Shown here: piece after piece, positions 1-12,503 of the stretch
Layout: every line of letters starts with the position of its first letter
Position numbering within the stretch: position 1 is the first letter of the stretch
NCBI GenBank assembly: GCA_013239625.1
Contig: MU053594.1
Coordinates: forward strand, 124,001 to 188,000
DNA from: Lama guanicoe
Lineage: Eukaryota
Reading direction: 5' to 3'
DNA length: 64,000 bases
The notes under the pieces: generated by a model
The model's input: the letters and a program-made list of their open reading frames with translations, nothing else
What the model was told of the DNA's origin: nothing
Databases searched by the model: none
Position numbers and translations under genes: made by a program

Positions 1-814
1 CTGCCCCAGCCTTCACTGCCTGGCTCCCATTTGGTTGATGTTTGGGTCCCCAGAGAAGGCTCCAGCACCCTCAGCGCGCGCCTGGGGAAGATGAGGTTGT
101 TGGAGAACAGACAGCGTGAGCCTTGTGTCAAGTGGTTTAGCTTCACTGGACAGAATCCAAAAGATCAGGGAGGCCATGATCTTCCCGCCGCATCTCACTG
201 CAAGACACTGAGGTTTGGGGAGTTGGTGACACCCCAAGTGGTCACAGCCCTCACATTTCTGGATGCAGCACTGGTCAGCTGCCTCTTTCCCTCCTGATTC
301 AGCACCACAGAGCAGAGGGCCTCCCCCTCCGGGAGCAGAGTGCCCGGCTGGGTCCCCATGCGGGAGGAACCACAGGCAGCTCTCTGGTCCTACCCCTCCT
401 CTCTGTGTGGGACAGCGGTGGGGAGTAAGAATGGGGAAACGACACAGCCAAGCTCTCACCTGGGTGGGAGGGCCAAGGACTCGCCCACAGACCCTCCAGT
501 AACACCCTCAGAACCACCCCACGCCCAGCCCTGCAAGGCGACGGAGCAATGGCCAAAATGGCAGTTACAGCTGAACACACGTGACTCCGAGCAAGAAGCT
601 CATAAGCCACACACCTGCTCCGGGTGACCCAGGTGCAAGGCCCCGAGCAGTAGCCAATTACCCATCCTACCCCCACGACCCCTGGGGACAGAGCCTGATT
701 GGCTTTCCCCGTCTCAGCCCCTCAGTTGCTGAGACACCGGTTAGCGTCATAAACAGACAGGAAGCCTTTGGGCCAGTACCGCAGTGTGAGCTTCTAGAAA
801 AGTCAGGGTGTGGA

Positions 815-1005
815 GGGCAGGGAGCCCTGGCTATGAATCCACTCCTGGCCGTGGGACTTTACACAAATTACTTCCACTCTTTAAGCCTCAGTGTTCCCAC
901 CTGCAAAATGGAACCAGCATAACTATACTCCAAGGGCAGTGTGAGGTAAGTGAGTTCAGACACACAGCATGCCATGCACGGTGCCAGGCATCCAATAAAT
1001 GTAGT
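815..1005 (+). mobile_element. MIR SINE
   Basis: Core-like ctctttaagcctcagtgttcccacctgcaaaatgg and tail gtgccaggcatccaataaatgtag. Confidence 0.75.
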
Positions 1006-2558
1006 GATTTCTCTCCCCTTCCCTCAGCCTGGCCACATAGCTGAAGCCATTTCTTTATTCAGCAGTGTTTACTGAGAGCCCGATGTGTCAGGGTGTCGGG
1101 GTGCGACGGAGTCCACCACCAATGAGGTCCTGCCTCGGTTCCTGTCTTCCCGTCTGGACCGCTGACCCCCTGGGCCGGAGCGATGGAGGGCAGCGCTCCG
1201 GGGCTGTTCCCCACCAGGTGCCTAGCCACATACTCGACCGCTCACCCATGAGTTCATTCCCCAAACAGCTGAGTTAGAACCACCTTGCAGGTCACTCTGC
1301 TAGGAAGTATGGGAGACACAGAAATAAATCACATGTTCTGAAGAAGCTTTGAGACTAGTAGGCGAAAAGGCATGGGCAGATAAATGGCTGTGACACAAAA
1401 AAGGCGACAGGTGCCGTAAGAGGGGCTAGATAAATGGCTACGAGCAATCAGATGGGGGGCGGCCTCTGGTCCTGCCCAGACAGATGCCTCCCATGGCTGA
1501 GCCGGCCGACTTTCAAAAGAGAAGAGAAAAGGCATCAGTTGCCCGGCTGGCACCGTTCCTAGCACGGGAAGCAGGCACGATCTATTTAAAACGGCTCGAG
1601 GCAGGTTAGAGCCTTTTCTCACAACTCCCCAAACCTCGTGCTTCCCCGAGCTGACTGGCTAGTGGGACAGAACCCATCCTGTCAAAATCCTACGGACCTT
1701 TTTTAAAGAAATCATTTAGCTGGTGCTGGGATGATAAAAGAACCCTGTCATTCACAGGGAGGGTCCGGATGGGGAGGGAGGTGGGGCTGGTGGGGGAGAG
1801 GAGGAGGGGATGGGAAAAAAAATGGGGGAACGCCCCCCAAATATGGATCAGGGCAACTGGCGAAGGAAATTTATGCATTGTTAGTGGCTTTACTACCCAA
1901 TTAATTCGGTAATTTCAAAAACAATTTTATTTATGTTCCATTTACCACATCAAAAAGTTAAAAAAAAATCGTACTGATGCTAAAATAATACCTCAAGGCG
2001 TCTATTTTTAATCAGTTAAAAAAAAAAAAAGGAGGGGGGGAAAAAAAAAAAAAACACCCCCCGCGCCACCCACACCAACCCTCAGAGAGAGAGAGAACTC
2101 AGCCAAGCCCTCTCTGAGAGCCTTCCTGGCTGCTGAACACCGAGCTTGTCAAAAAAAACAAATCCATAATGGCCCGAGGCTCCTCTCCAATCTATTTTCT
2201 GCTCAGCTGGTTTTAAATGAAGTTATTATGAGTCATTAAAACACCCGCAAGCCAGTGGAAGTCAGCCAATTACAATTTTAAATTTAGCCTGTTCTCTGCC
2301 CCATTCTCTTGTTTTCTTCCTTTGCCCACATAATACTGCTGCTGTTTCTTTCTGTCCTCCCCTCCTTTCCCCAAAGTGGAAGAGACAGTTATGAAAATGC
2401 AGAGTCTTGCACGGCACGCAGAACCATTCACATGAAAACTCAAGTCATTAAATTAAAAACAAGGCAAAACTTCTGCCCTCCTCCGAAGTCAACCTGTGTC
2501 CCACCTCAGCTCCCTGGGTTCCTTGCAAACTCTAGACTCAGCCCTTGAGGTCACGGGG

Positions 2559-2568
2559 CTATTTTTAA
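2559..2568. promoter_or_regulatory. MEF2 consensus site CTATTTTTAA
   Basis: Exact match to YTA(W)4TAR next to a repeat-free AT-rich block. Motif only, no functional evidence. Confidence 0.3.
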
Positions 2569-3138
2569 AATGAAGAAGTTCTTGAGTGGGGTCCTGTTGA
2601 GAAACGTTTCTATCCATCACCCCAAACCAACGTGTTCGTGGTTGAATCCATGAGGGGGAAACATACCACCAACACTGGAGAATTAATAACAAACAATAAA
2701 GTTGAAATTCGAAGGTAACGCAGGCTTTGCAATCAAGCATGAACGTCGGTGCAAGTGACTATGTATGATGAGCTCATTTAGTTTTTAAATCTGCAAGGTA
2801 ATGGTCTGTGCGCAGCCATTACAGCAAAGGAACAATTTTGAGTATTTCACGTAAATGCTTCTTCTCAATCTCTTTTTCTCACATGCGCACACCCACACAC
2901 ACACCCCCACACACACGTGCGCACACACAGCTGCCCCTCATTTCTGGGAACCTAACTGTAGCTTTCCCATATCTTCCAAGGATTAAGTAGCATCCTTCCC
3001 AAAAAATCTATCCAATCCTACTTTCTCCCCCGAACTAATCAATGGATAAGTCTGGAAGCTCAGCAGAATAGACCCCTAGACTTCTAAGTACACTTCTCAT
3101 CACCTCCAGGATGCCCACCTGCCTGGTTCCTCTCCAAG

Positions 3139-3182
3139 ACACACACACACACATACACACACACACACATACACACACACAC
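3139..3182. repeat. (CA)n microsatellite, interrupted
   Basis: Direct reading. Confidence 0.95.
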
Positions 3183-5143
3183 CATGAAAGGACCAGTCAG
3201 ACACAACTCTGCGGCTCAGGCAGATGCAGCACCTAGGAAAGGGGTGGCTACCATGTTGTTTCCTTGAGAGCCCCGATGGCCAATGGGGAGGCAGGGTGCT
3301 GCCATGTGTGCTGATGTACCTGGTGGCTCTGGGTGAGATGGGACTTAGGGTCCGTCTGGCTCCCAACCAGGCTCACTGAGAAGAGAGAATGAAATACAGA
3401 GGCTTCCAGGTCCACAGTGACCACTGGCAGTTTACCGAAGGCAGGAGGGTTTGCCCTGAGCTTTCTAGAATGCAAACCTGAGGCCTGCAAACATGGCTGC
3501 CCCAAGCTCCGAGCATCCTCAGAGCAGAGGTCACTATCCCAGCCTTAGCCCTGACTCTCCTCACTCAGTTGCTCCAACTGTGGGGGCCTCAATTGGCAGC
3601 TCCTCGTGGTGTAAACGAGGCCCCTTCTCCCTTAAGCTAATAAGGCAGAAGCTTCAGCTTCCCCCACCTTATGCCACAGGAGCCCATTCTATGGAAGGGG
3701 CTCTGGCATTTGCTATTCATAATCTCTCTTGAGAGAGGGCCCTCCAAACCGTGGAAGCCTCAGGCCCCACCAAACCCAGATGTGCCCCAGAAGTACAGAC
3801 ACTAGTAATAGAGGAGGCCTTTATTTGTCTGCGCCAGGCACTGTGTTGGGCCAGGGACATGTGAGGGTGAACACGCTGCAAGGTGCCCAGTGGGCTCTGT
3901 GCTCAGGCGCGTGGTACCAGCCTCTGGAAGCCAAGCACGAGTAAGATGCACTTTTCAACAGCAAAGTCCAATGAGGATCTTGCAAAACCTAACCCTGCTC
4001 ATCCACTCGCCCGTGCTTGGCTCAACTTAAAGCATCCAGGAACCTAGGAAAGGCAGGAATTGAGCCAGAGAAACCCCACTCTGGTCCCTGAGGGGCAAGA
4101 GGCAGTTGCCCACAAGGGTCAGGGTGCTGTGAGCCCTCTTGAGGGATTTGCTCAAGTCCTCCCCAGGTCTTCTGGGCCAGAGCAACATTTTGTTCTCCAT
4201 CCCAGCCACCACCACCCTGTGTCAAACTCTGAGCTGTGAGAGGGAGACAGAGGGAAAGATATGGCCAACCACGATGGATGGAGACCAAGTCTGACGTAGA
4301 CGTAAAAAGGAAGACGGAAAATGCACAGGAGCCTTGAGAAAAGGCTGAGGATGCAAAGACAGGGATGAAGAGATGGAGTGAGATGAAAGGAGGCTGGGGG
4401 GAAAATGGAAGGAGGGGAGAAAAGCAGAGCTACAAACTAAACACCTGCCACCAGAGAGAGCTCAGAAGACGGCGCTGAGAGGGACGGCTGGCAGAGAGAG
4501 CAGTCCCCGTGTGGTATGGTGGCAGCTGGCCTCCCAGGCAAGCGCTGGACGCTGGGACCCAGGCAAAGCCTGGGGTTGGAGCACGAGGGCTGAGGGGAGA
4601 AAAAGGCAGCGAAGGACCACCTAGGAATCCTGGCAGGCTGCACGCCTGGGAAGGTGAAAAGACCCTGAAAAGAAGCAAATGGCGTCGCCTTTGGGTGGAT
4701 CCCACACCAGCATCCTGCCCTACATCCCTATTAGCCATCATCCTCAGACAAAAGCAAGAGCCAGCAGAGCAGCCTGGAACTTCCAAGGATGGAAGGAGCA
4801 AGGGAGAGGAAAGGAGAGACCATCTGAGAATAAACAGCAGACACACAGGATGTCCCGGCTTCCGTCTCTCAAGGGCCACTCATTTCCTGACAGGAACGTC
4901 ACCATCTAGCTGGACAGAATCGTGTGGTACAAAAGGGAGTGTCGTGGGGAGAAACCACCCTATTTGGGGGATAGAAAAATCAGAGAAAGAGAGAGAAACA
5001 GAGAGAGAAAAAGCAGGTTATTACATAATTTCCACTTTCTTCCCTCCACCCTGAAAGTAATGTTCTATCTGACAAGCTCCTCTCTGAGGGGGGAAGAATG
5101 ACAAATCCAATCCAAAATCCAACAGCCTGTGTTCTGTTCGGAG

Positions 5144-5158
5144 AGCACACAGTGTACT
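5144..5158. promoter_or_regulatory. Steroid hormone response element (GRE/ARE/PRE) palindrome AGCACAcagTGTACT
   Basis: Full match to RGnACAnnnTGTnCY, with extra TGTTCT half-sites at 5061-5066 and 5130-5135. ZBTB16 is an established GR/AR/PR-induced gene. Confidence 0.6.
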
Positions 5159-7764
5159 GTACAGCCCATAAAACTCCAAACAGCCTCCAGACACTGCCGC
5201 AATCGTCCTCCATCAAAACACTTTGTCTTGCATACAAAAATAAGATACAGCGCTGAACAGAATACGAAATCAGCCCATTACAGTACAGGGAGATCGCTAC
5301 TTAGCAACCAGGGGGTTCTAAAGCCTCGATGCTCTACAGGAAGCAAAATCTGTCGAGCCTGTTGGGCAAATGATAAACATTAGCGGTATTAAAAAACACA
5401 AAAGCCATGTAAATGGATAGACATAATGTGGAAACGAATTTATAGAATAAATTGGGACGGGGGGACTTGAGTGGAGGCGGAGAGGCTGGGCGGCAGAGGG
5501 GTGGGCACACACACGAGCTTCCCAAACCGCTGCTGAGGCACCATATGGAGAGAGAGACGTGTGTGTTTTGGGGGAGGGTTATGTGAACCCCCTTCTCACA
5601 CAGGGGCTGTAGGTGAAGGGGTGGGAGGGAAGTGGTGAAAACACTGTTTAATACAATGACCTGCAATGAACTTTCTGAACTTTCTCTGTTCAGCTGGCCC
5701 GACGTGAAACCTTTGGGGCCGGAGGACCCAGGCACACAGATCCATGAGCACCGAGGTGGAGAGATGTGGGGGTGGGGGTGGGGTCCTTTATTTGCCCTGG
5801 GGCCAGTATTGCTCCCGATGCCATCACAGGACCTGTCACTTGCTGTAAATAAAATCCTTGGTTAAAAAAAAAAAAAACCGGAAAAAAAAACCAAAAACAC
5901 CCCATCTAGGCTGGAAAAATCAGTATATTTCATCAGGTAAAGGGGAAAAATACCCTGGCTGTGAATCAGCAGCGGGGTTTCGGATCCCAGCCAAAACAGG
6001 AGCTAAAAGGCAAAACCATATTCTTCTATTCTGAGTTTAGGCTCTTGAGGCAGAAAGGGAGAAAGGGCGGGGGTGGGGGGCAGTGAGTGAGGAAGGGGGA
6101 GGAGGTGGGGAGAACAAATGTATTTTTCATCAGCCAGTGTATAATTTATAAACAGCATTAAACAGTTTTTGTTTTCTTTTTCCTCTCTCCCGTGTATGGG
6201 CTTGGACAGCAGTCAAGCCTGCATTAATTTCTGCTTTGGGTACAGTGTGTTCTTGGAGGCACATCTGCAAGTGATCATAAACTCTCTGGAATGCTGGCAG
6301 AACATCCAGACCTGCCGGCAGGCCAGTGACGACACCACTCTGGGAAAAAGTTCGGGAAGCGGGCCAGATTCAGAGCAGGGAGGGAGAGAGAGAGGAGCGT
6401 GTTAGAGAGACAGCCGGGCAAAGTGGCTTCTCTTCCCTCTGCCTGCACCCCCGTCACCCACAAGGACCAAAGGGAAGGCAGTCTCTGAGCCACTCACATC
6501 CAATCTTAACCCCAACCCTCGATCGTAAACCCACAACCTCTGCAGGCACATGGAAGGAGACCAAGGACCTGAGGAAGTTTCTCCTTCATGATCTCCTGGT
6601 TTTGCTCTGATGGCAGAAAGCTAACCAGAAGAAGGGGGCGCTGAAATGCCCTAAGGCGAGAGGGAACTCATGGACCCTGGGTTCCCAGCTGCCTGGATAA
6701 CCCCAATCTCTTGCTCTTAGCAGATCTATAATCTGGGAAAGGGGAGGAGAATGAGAAGAGGAAGCTGTGAAGTACTGAGAAGCCATCTTTGCATCCCAAG
6801 ATGCCTCTCCAATCACGGGCGTGGGAACCAGCTCATATCTCAGCCTCATAGTCTCAGGGCATAACCCAGCTACCTTGCTGCCCCCACAGTCTCTGTCTTT
6901 GGGAAGAAGGACCTGAACCCCCAAAGCTGAGAGTCCCCAAGAGAAAAAGGGAAACAATACAACCCACAGGTCTTTGACATCTCATAATTTTTTTTTTTTT
7001 ATTCCATGAGATTAGGACAGGGAAAGCATCAGAGAACCAATCTGGTTTCTGGCACCACCCCTCCTGCCCTCTTCCCTGCCAGACGATGACCCGGCCCTGG
7101 ATGATAGAGCCGGCCACACCACGCTGCTGCTGGAATCAGAGAATCTGTCAGCCAAAGACCATGTTCTTTTCTGGTGGCTCTGATGAGCGGGAAGTCTCGT
7201 ATGGGAGGGGGCTTCTCAATAGTCGTGGCTCACAGTACCTGGAAAAGGGCGAGGGGCAGTGAGGGAGCAGGACAGGACCCCCAAAGAAAGGCTGTGTGCC
7301 CCTAAGCAGTGCAAGAGGCTCAGGCCACCCCCTACTCCAGCCACGCCCCCAGGACTGATGGCCAGTCATGCCATTTCTCAAAGGGTCTTACGAATCCTAT
7401 ACTCAAGCCTCATGCCCATCAAAAAGCCCAAGAAGTCCTTTCCATTCCAGAGAGGGGAGAAGTGTCCCTGCCTTATCCAATCTGTCATTGGCTTTTGCAA
7501 GCTGGAGGTAAAATGCAGATCATTTTGTTACCTTTGCAATCTTGGCCCCACCTTCCCTTCTAAACCCTGCCCCTTCCCCCATGCCCAGCCTACCCTCTCC
7601 AGCTACACTGCACGTCGCCCCAGGGTGGCATGGGCTGCCCCACCAGGTCTACCATCCTCTCCAAGGAGCCCCCTTCCTCTTCTGAATTCCTCCTCGAACT
7701 CTTTCTTGGCGCTCTGCACATACCACCTTTTATAATCATAACTTTACAGTCAAACGTCTCTCCT

Positions 7765-7865
7765 ACTAGACGCAAGCGCCTGGAGGGCAGGGGTGCTGCC
7801 TGTTCTCCGGTGTTAAGTACATAGAGCCTGACACATAATTAGTGCTGGCTCCGAAAGTGAATGAC
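7765..7865 (+). mobile_element. L2 LINE 3' end fragment
   Basis: gcgcctggagggcagggg...agagcctgacacataattagtgct...gtgaatga resembles the L2 3' terminus. Confidence 0.55.
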
Positions 7866-8971
7866 ACTCCCAGAATAGAAGCAGGCCACAGAAATGTGCA
7901 AGCCTCTGAGTAGCATGCAGCCAAGGCAAAAATAGGGGCAAGCAGTTCTGGGTGTGCTCACTTATAATCCACCAGGACGTGGGGCCGAGCTGTGGGAAAT
8001 ACCACCTAATGGGAAACCTGACATGAGCAAATCGCAGAGCCCACTCAAGTCGTTGGCCGAGTCTGTGGTTTCCGCATGAACATCCCACCCAGAACTAGGA
8101 TGTTCTTGTACGTGAGAACAAGGGGTGGCAAAGAGACAGTGGGTCATAGGTGCTCCCACAAGGGATGGGGCATCCAAGGATGGGCAGGAGACTCCAGAGT
8201 TACCTGGGGACGCAGAGGGGCTGGAGTCTTCCCCTGCTCACTGCACCAGCCTCCACCCAAGATCCACGCTCCAGAAGCAGCACCTCTGGAAAGCATCCAA
8301 GCGGTCAGTCCTTACCCCAGGCCTCTCTCCCAACACTCAAGCCCTCCTGATCCCCGGATCCAGCCCGGAGAACGCAGGGTCTGGACTGATCAATCTGATT
8401 AGTTAATCAATTAGCCTATTGTCTGTTAACTTAAACTTATGGTGATCATCAGGGATTACCTCATAAACACTTGCTTAGTTAACACATTCAAACTGAAATA
8501 AAAACTTCAATTAAACTGAACATTCACTACTACTGTTCAGGGTCTTAAGGAAGGAAAAAGAAAGAGGGAGAGAAAGAGAAAAAGAAGGAAGTGTCTCTGA
8601 GAAGGGCCTCCTACAGGGCAAACTTCTAATTAAACAAATCATCAATTTCAACACCACGAAAACTGATTTCGGAGTAAAACTTTGGTATTCCAGCCACTGA
8701 AAGGAAGGCCTCATGGGGTGAGGATCTCAGCCAGGGCTGATCTCCTCGGACAGGGAACCTCGGAGGCGAGGAGGGACGCAACGCAGGAAAGAGGAAAGCG
8801 GAGAAGAAAGAGTGAGCAGGAGCGGTTTTATCCTTTCAGAAATCATCTCTCCGCAGAATCCAATGAGGCCTGTTCTCAAGCATCGGAGAAACTCCTTCTT
8901 GCTTCCTCCTTCACCCCACCCCTACCAGATGAGAAAAAAAAATTAATCGTGTATGATGACAAACTTGGCTC

Positions 8972-8995
8972 AGCACTCACTGTACACACTGTACC
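8972..8995. promoter_or_regulatory. Overlapping GRE/ARE-like palindromes AGCACTcacTGTACA and TGTACAcacTGTACC
   Basis: 8981-8995 matches GnACAnnnTGTnC. 8972-8986 is a one-mismatch overlapping copy. Confidence 0.5.
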
Positions 8996-10234
8996 CACAG
9001 GGCTGGCGCCCGGCCAGGCCTGGCCCCGCGCCAGCGCGACAATAACAAACACGGGCCACGCTCGCCAAGAGGGGGTGGGGCAGCGTGCAAGAGCCCGAGG
9101 AAGTCAGCGCCGACGCCTCGCAGCTCCGAGAGGAGGATAAACAGCAGGAGGGAGCCTTGGGAGGGCAGCAACAAGGTTTAGGGGGAGCCAGGAGCATCCC
9201 GACCCCGACCCAGAGCCCAGGCTCCCCTCTCCGAGGCCTGCCCCCTTTTTTGAAAACATGGTCCCCTTGGTGGGCTTCTGTAATGTGGGTCCGGTCTGCA
9301 GACCCTCAGGGGCCATTCTTGCTGTCAGCTCCCTGCATGGAGCCTTCAAAACAGAGCAGCAAGAAAATCTTGGGTCATCTAATTAAATGTCTCCTTTAAA
9401 ACCTCACATATAGTTCTGATCTCGAGCAACCCAGAGGGGAGAAGCCGGAACATGTAAAACCTGACTTCTGCTACTGGAATCCAGGAGAAGGCCTGGCACC
9501 ACCAGCCTGGCCCTCTGACCCCACCTCCCTGACTCGGCCAGGTCTCTCCCTGGGGACTTGGGACCTTCACTGCTTCACAAACAGTTCCGGAAGGGTTCTA
9601 GCCTCACTCAGCCCTTGTTGCTGTTTTATTTTCAAGCCATTCTGGCACAGGGCTGAGAGGTATGTGGGACCTGAGAAAGAAAAAAACAGAAACTAGCAAC
9701 ATCAGAGTTGAAGCAGACTATGTCCAATCTGCAAGGGGGAGTGAAGGCACTGCTGTGACCCGCCATACCTCCCCCATCACCGAACCCTCTTTCACAAGGG
9801 CAGTGGCAAGTGAGTTTCAGACAGACAAATCATCTGCACGATCAGACTTTGGGCACAGAGAGGAAAGCCTGGGAAAACAGGCCGCAGCTCCCAAGGCTGC
9901 CAGGGTGTCCGTCTGAGACCATGGGACCTTGAAGGCGCATCTCAGCCTCAGGGTGGTGCAAAGTCACTCGTCTTGTCCGAAGTGGGGGCTCTGGGCCCAC
10001 CTGAATGTGTGTGAGCAGCTCCTCCCTTCCCTGCTGCCCTCTCCAGCCCTACCAACACCGCTGCACTGTGCTGTGATGTGGAGACCTCGGCTAACTCACA
10101 CTCAGCCAACACGGGCCAGTGGGCCCCTGGCTGCCCTCCAGTGAACCCCTGGGGCACAGTCTAAACACTTCCTATTGCAGGAGACAGCCGGTGGGAGACT
10201 GGGGTGTCCTCGAGCTGCCCTGCCTCCCAGGCTG

Positions 10235-10700
10235 TAGCCATCCTTCCAGCCCGTATCTACAGATGCCAGGCATGTGCCAGGTACTGCACTATGCATCGTG
10301 GGGACAGACTTGGTCCCCGAGTAGCTTATTCTGGTCCATGAGGTTCGGAGGCTCAGTGGGTCTACATTTCTCACCCAAGGTCACACGGTAAGAGGTAGAT
10401 GCCCAGATTCCTAGCCCTGACTCCCATGTAGGGGGAGATAAAGCAAGTCCACAAATACCACAATGCAGAGAAGAAAGATCACACCCAAAGATAGAGAAAC
10501 ACGGAACCCAGAAGGAGGCATGATCGCTTCTGGCCGGAGGCGGGGAATAGTCAAGGATGGTGCTGCGGAAGATCTAGGAAGATTGGCGAAGGGTTAGTCC
10601 ACGCGGTGGGAAGGGGGTGAACGAAGCCGCAGAGCTCAGAAAGCAAGCTGTGCTGGTCTGTCCTCAGAGCAAACCGACAAGGCCACAAGTCTGGCTAGAC
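10235..10700 (-). mobile_element. Degenerate L2 fragment with an internal MIR (about 10330-10425)
   Basis: L2-like catgtgccaggtactgcact...; MIR-like gaggctcag...cccaaggtcacacggtaagaggtaga; L2-like sequence resumes afterwards. Confidence 0.5.
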
Positions 10701-11469
10701 TCAAGGAAAGACCACGGAGAAAGGACGCTTACTGGGCCGAGTGTCACAGAAGGCGAGGAAGCTCTAACCACAGGCTGTGTTACCCGCGTCGACGAGTCCA
10801 ACACCACGTGACTGCAGACCACACGGGGGCCTGGGGCAGGGAGCGAATGAAACGGAAGACCCACACTCTGCGCTTGGGGAGGGCGGCCAGGCTGTGGGCA
10901 GACAGCTTATGAAACCCCACACTAAACCCTGAACAACCTACAGAGACGTAAGGGAGCAAGAAGATTTGAGGGGCAAATTATAAAAGAAGGCAAGCAGAGT
11001 GCACAGGTCCCAAGCAGATACGCCTGGACTCGGGACTCCGGGCCAATGAGGGACAGGAGTGGGGATGAGGAGGCCAGTGGAGCCAGATATGAGGGTGGGG
11101 GAGGCCCCCAAGGTAGGAGGAATGGAGCACGAAGACATGGGGACACAGCAAGGCAGACAGCCGCCTGATGTAGCCCAATCCCTGGATCTGGAAGTGGGAA
11201 GAATGGGAAGTGAGGAGGAGTTAGGGCACTTTATGAAGGGCCCTGAAGGCCAGGAAGAGAGACAGCATCCCACGCAGAGCAGAGCCACAGGTGCTCAACA
11301 GCAAGGCAGAGGCGAGCGACCAAACAGCCTCTCCATCACTTTACAGGAGATGGATGCGGTGCGGACAGACGGCAAACAGCCAGACTGTCCCCGACAGGGT
11401 GCAGTGATGGGAGCACACCCCACGACAACTTCAGAACTGGGGGGAATGGAGGAAGGTGGAAGCAGAAGC

Positions 11470-11690
11470 AACCGACATTTATTAAACATCAACTGTGTAG
11501 GTGCCTTTAACATACATTCTGTTACCTAAATATATGAATTAGCAACACCTGCCCTTTACAGATGCAGAAACAGGGGTTCGGAAGACAGATCTGCCCGAGG
11601 TCACAGAGTTAGCACGTATCACAGGCAAGACGTGAGCCTTCATCTGCCCCACCCCAAAGTCCACACTCGTTTCACCAACGCTGAACCACC
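11470..11690 (-). mobile_element. MIR SINE
   Basis: acatttattaaacatc...tttacagatgcagaaacagggg...ctgcccgaggtcacagagttag is the reverse MIR core. Confidence 0.8.
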
Positions 11691-12503
11691 ACCTGCCTGG
11701 AGGGCCACGTGCTGGAGGTAATACGGGCAGGAACAACAGGCGCTGACAGTGGACTGGCTGGGGGAGAGCGCGATCAAATAAGGAGACAGCCCTCTCCTCC
11801 CCCCCGAAACGTGACTCCGAGGTTGAAAGGCAGGGCATTAGAGGGGTGGGCATTATTAGCCCTGGCAGGGAAGTGTAGCGGCTTCTACAAATGAACCCCG
11901 GCAACCCCTTGGCCTCAAAGCAGCAGCAGCAGACCTGGCGTGTCCTTCCCTCCACCGCGAACACCTGGGCCCGCTGCATGTCAGTGCCTCTCCCCTTTCC
12001 ACGCCTCATGGGACAGAGAAGCTTTGCCCAAACACAAGCAGAAATGCCAGCAGCCGCGCAGTCGACCCCACTAGAATTGGATAAAATTAACTTGCAAGAG
12101 ACAGCACGCTGTAACTAGCTTTGTGTTCCAACCTTTCTATATCTATTTAATTAAAGGCTCCTGTATAATGTGAACCCAATAGTCAGATTCATTAGACAGC
12201 GAGAACCTAATTCCACAACTGTTCTGCTAATGAAACTGCAGTCTACTTCGGAAGGTGGATCACACGGGGCACTGGGTACCAGTGATGCCCCGGGAAGCCC
12301 AGGAGAGCAGGAGGATGGGTTCATCCAGACGGTCACATGGTCCGGATGGACTTTCTGCTCCAGGAACCTGGAGGGAGCATCCACGGGACAAGGTGACCAA
12401 GGCCGGGCTGGCAGTGGGGACATCTGTGCTCTGAGTGGGGACGAAGGCGGGCAGGCAGTGGCTGCCTGTGCTCGGAGGGGCCAGTCAGGGCACCCTCGCC
12501 TAC

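Larger units (their letters stand above)
1..12503 (-). other. ZBTB16: ZBTB16 intron downstream of this exon (intron 3, partial)
   Basis: Starts at donor GTAGGC (12503). No further zinc-finger exon seen in 1-12503. Confidence 0.88.

Noticed and set aside
4509..5054. 181-aa plus-strand ORF
   Set aside because: Purine-rich low-complexity sequence with no recognisable domain or splice context.
8091..8106. AGAACTaggaTGTTCT as a GRE
   Set aside because: Spacer is 4 bp rather than the required 3, so at most a half-site.
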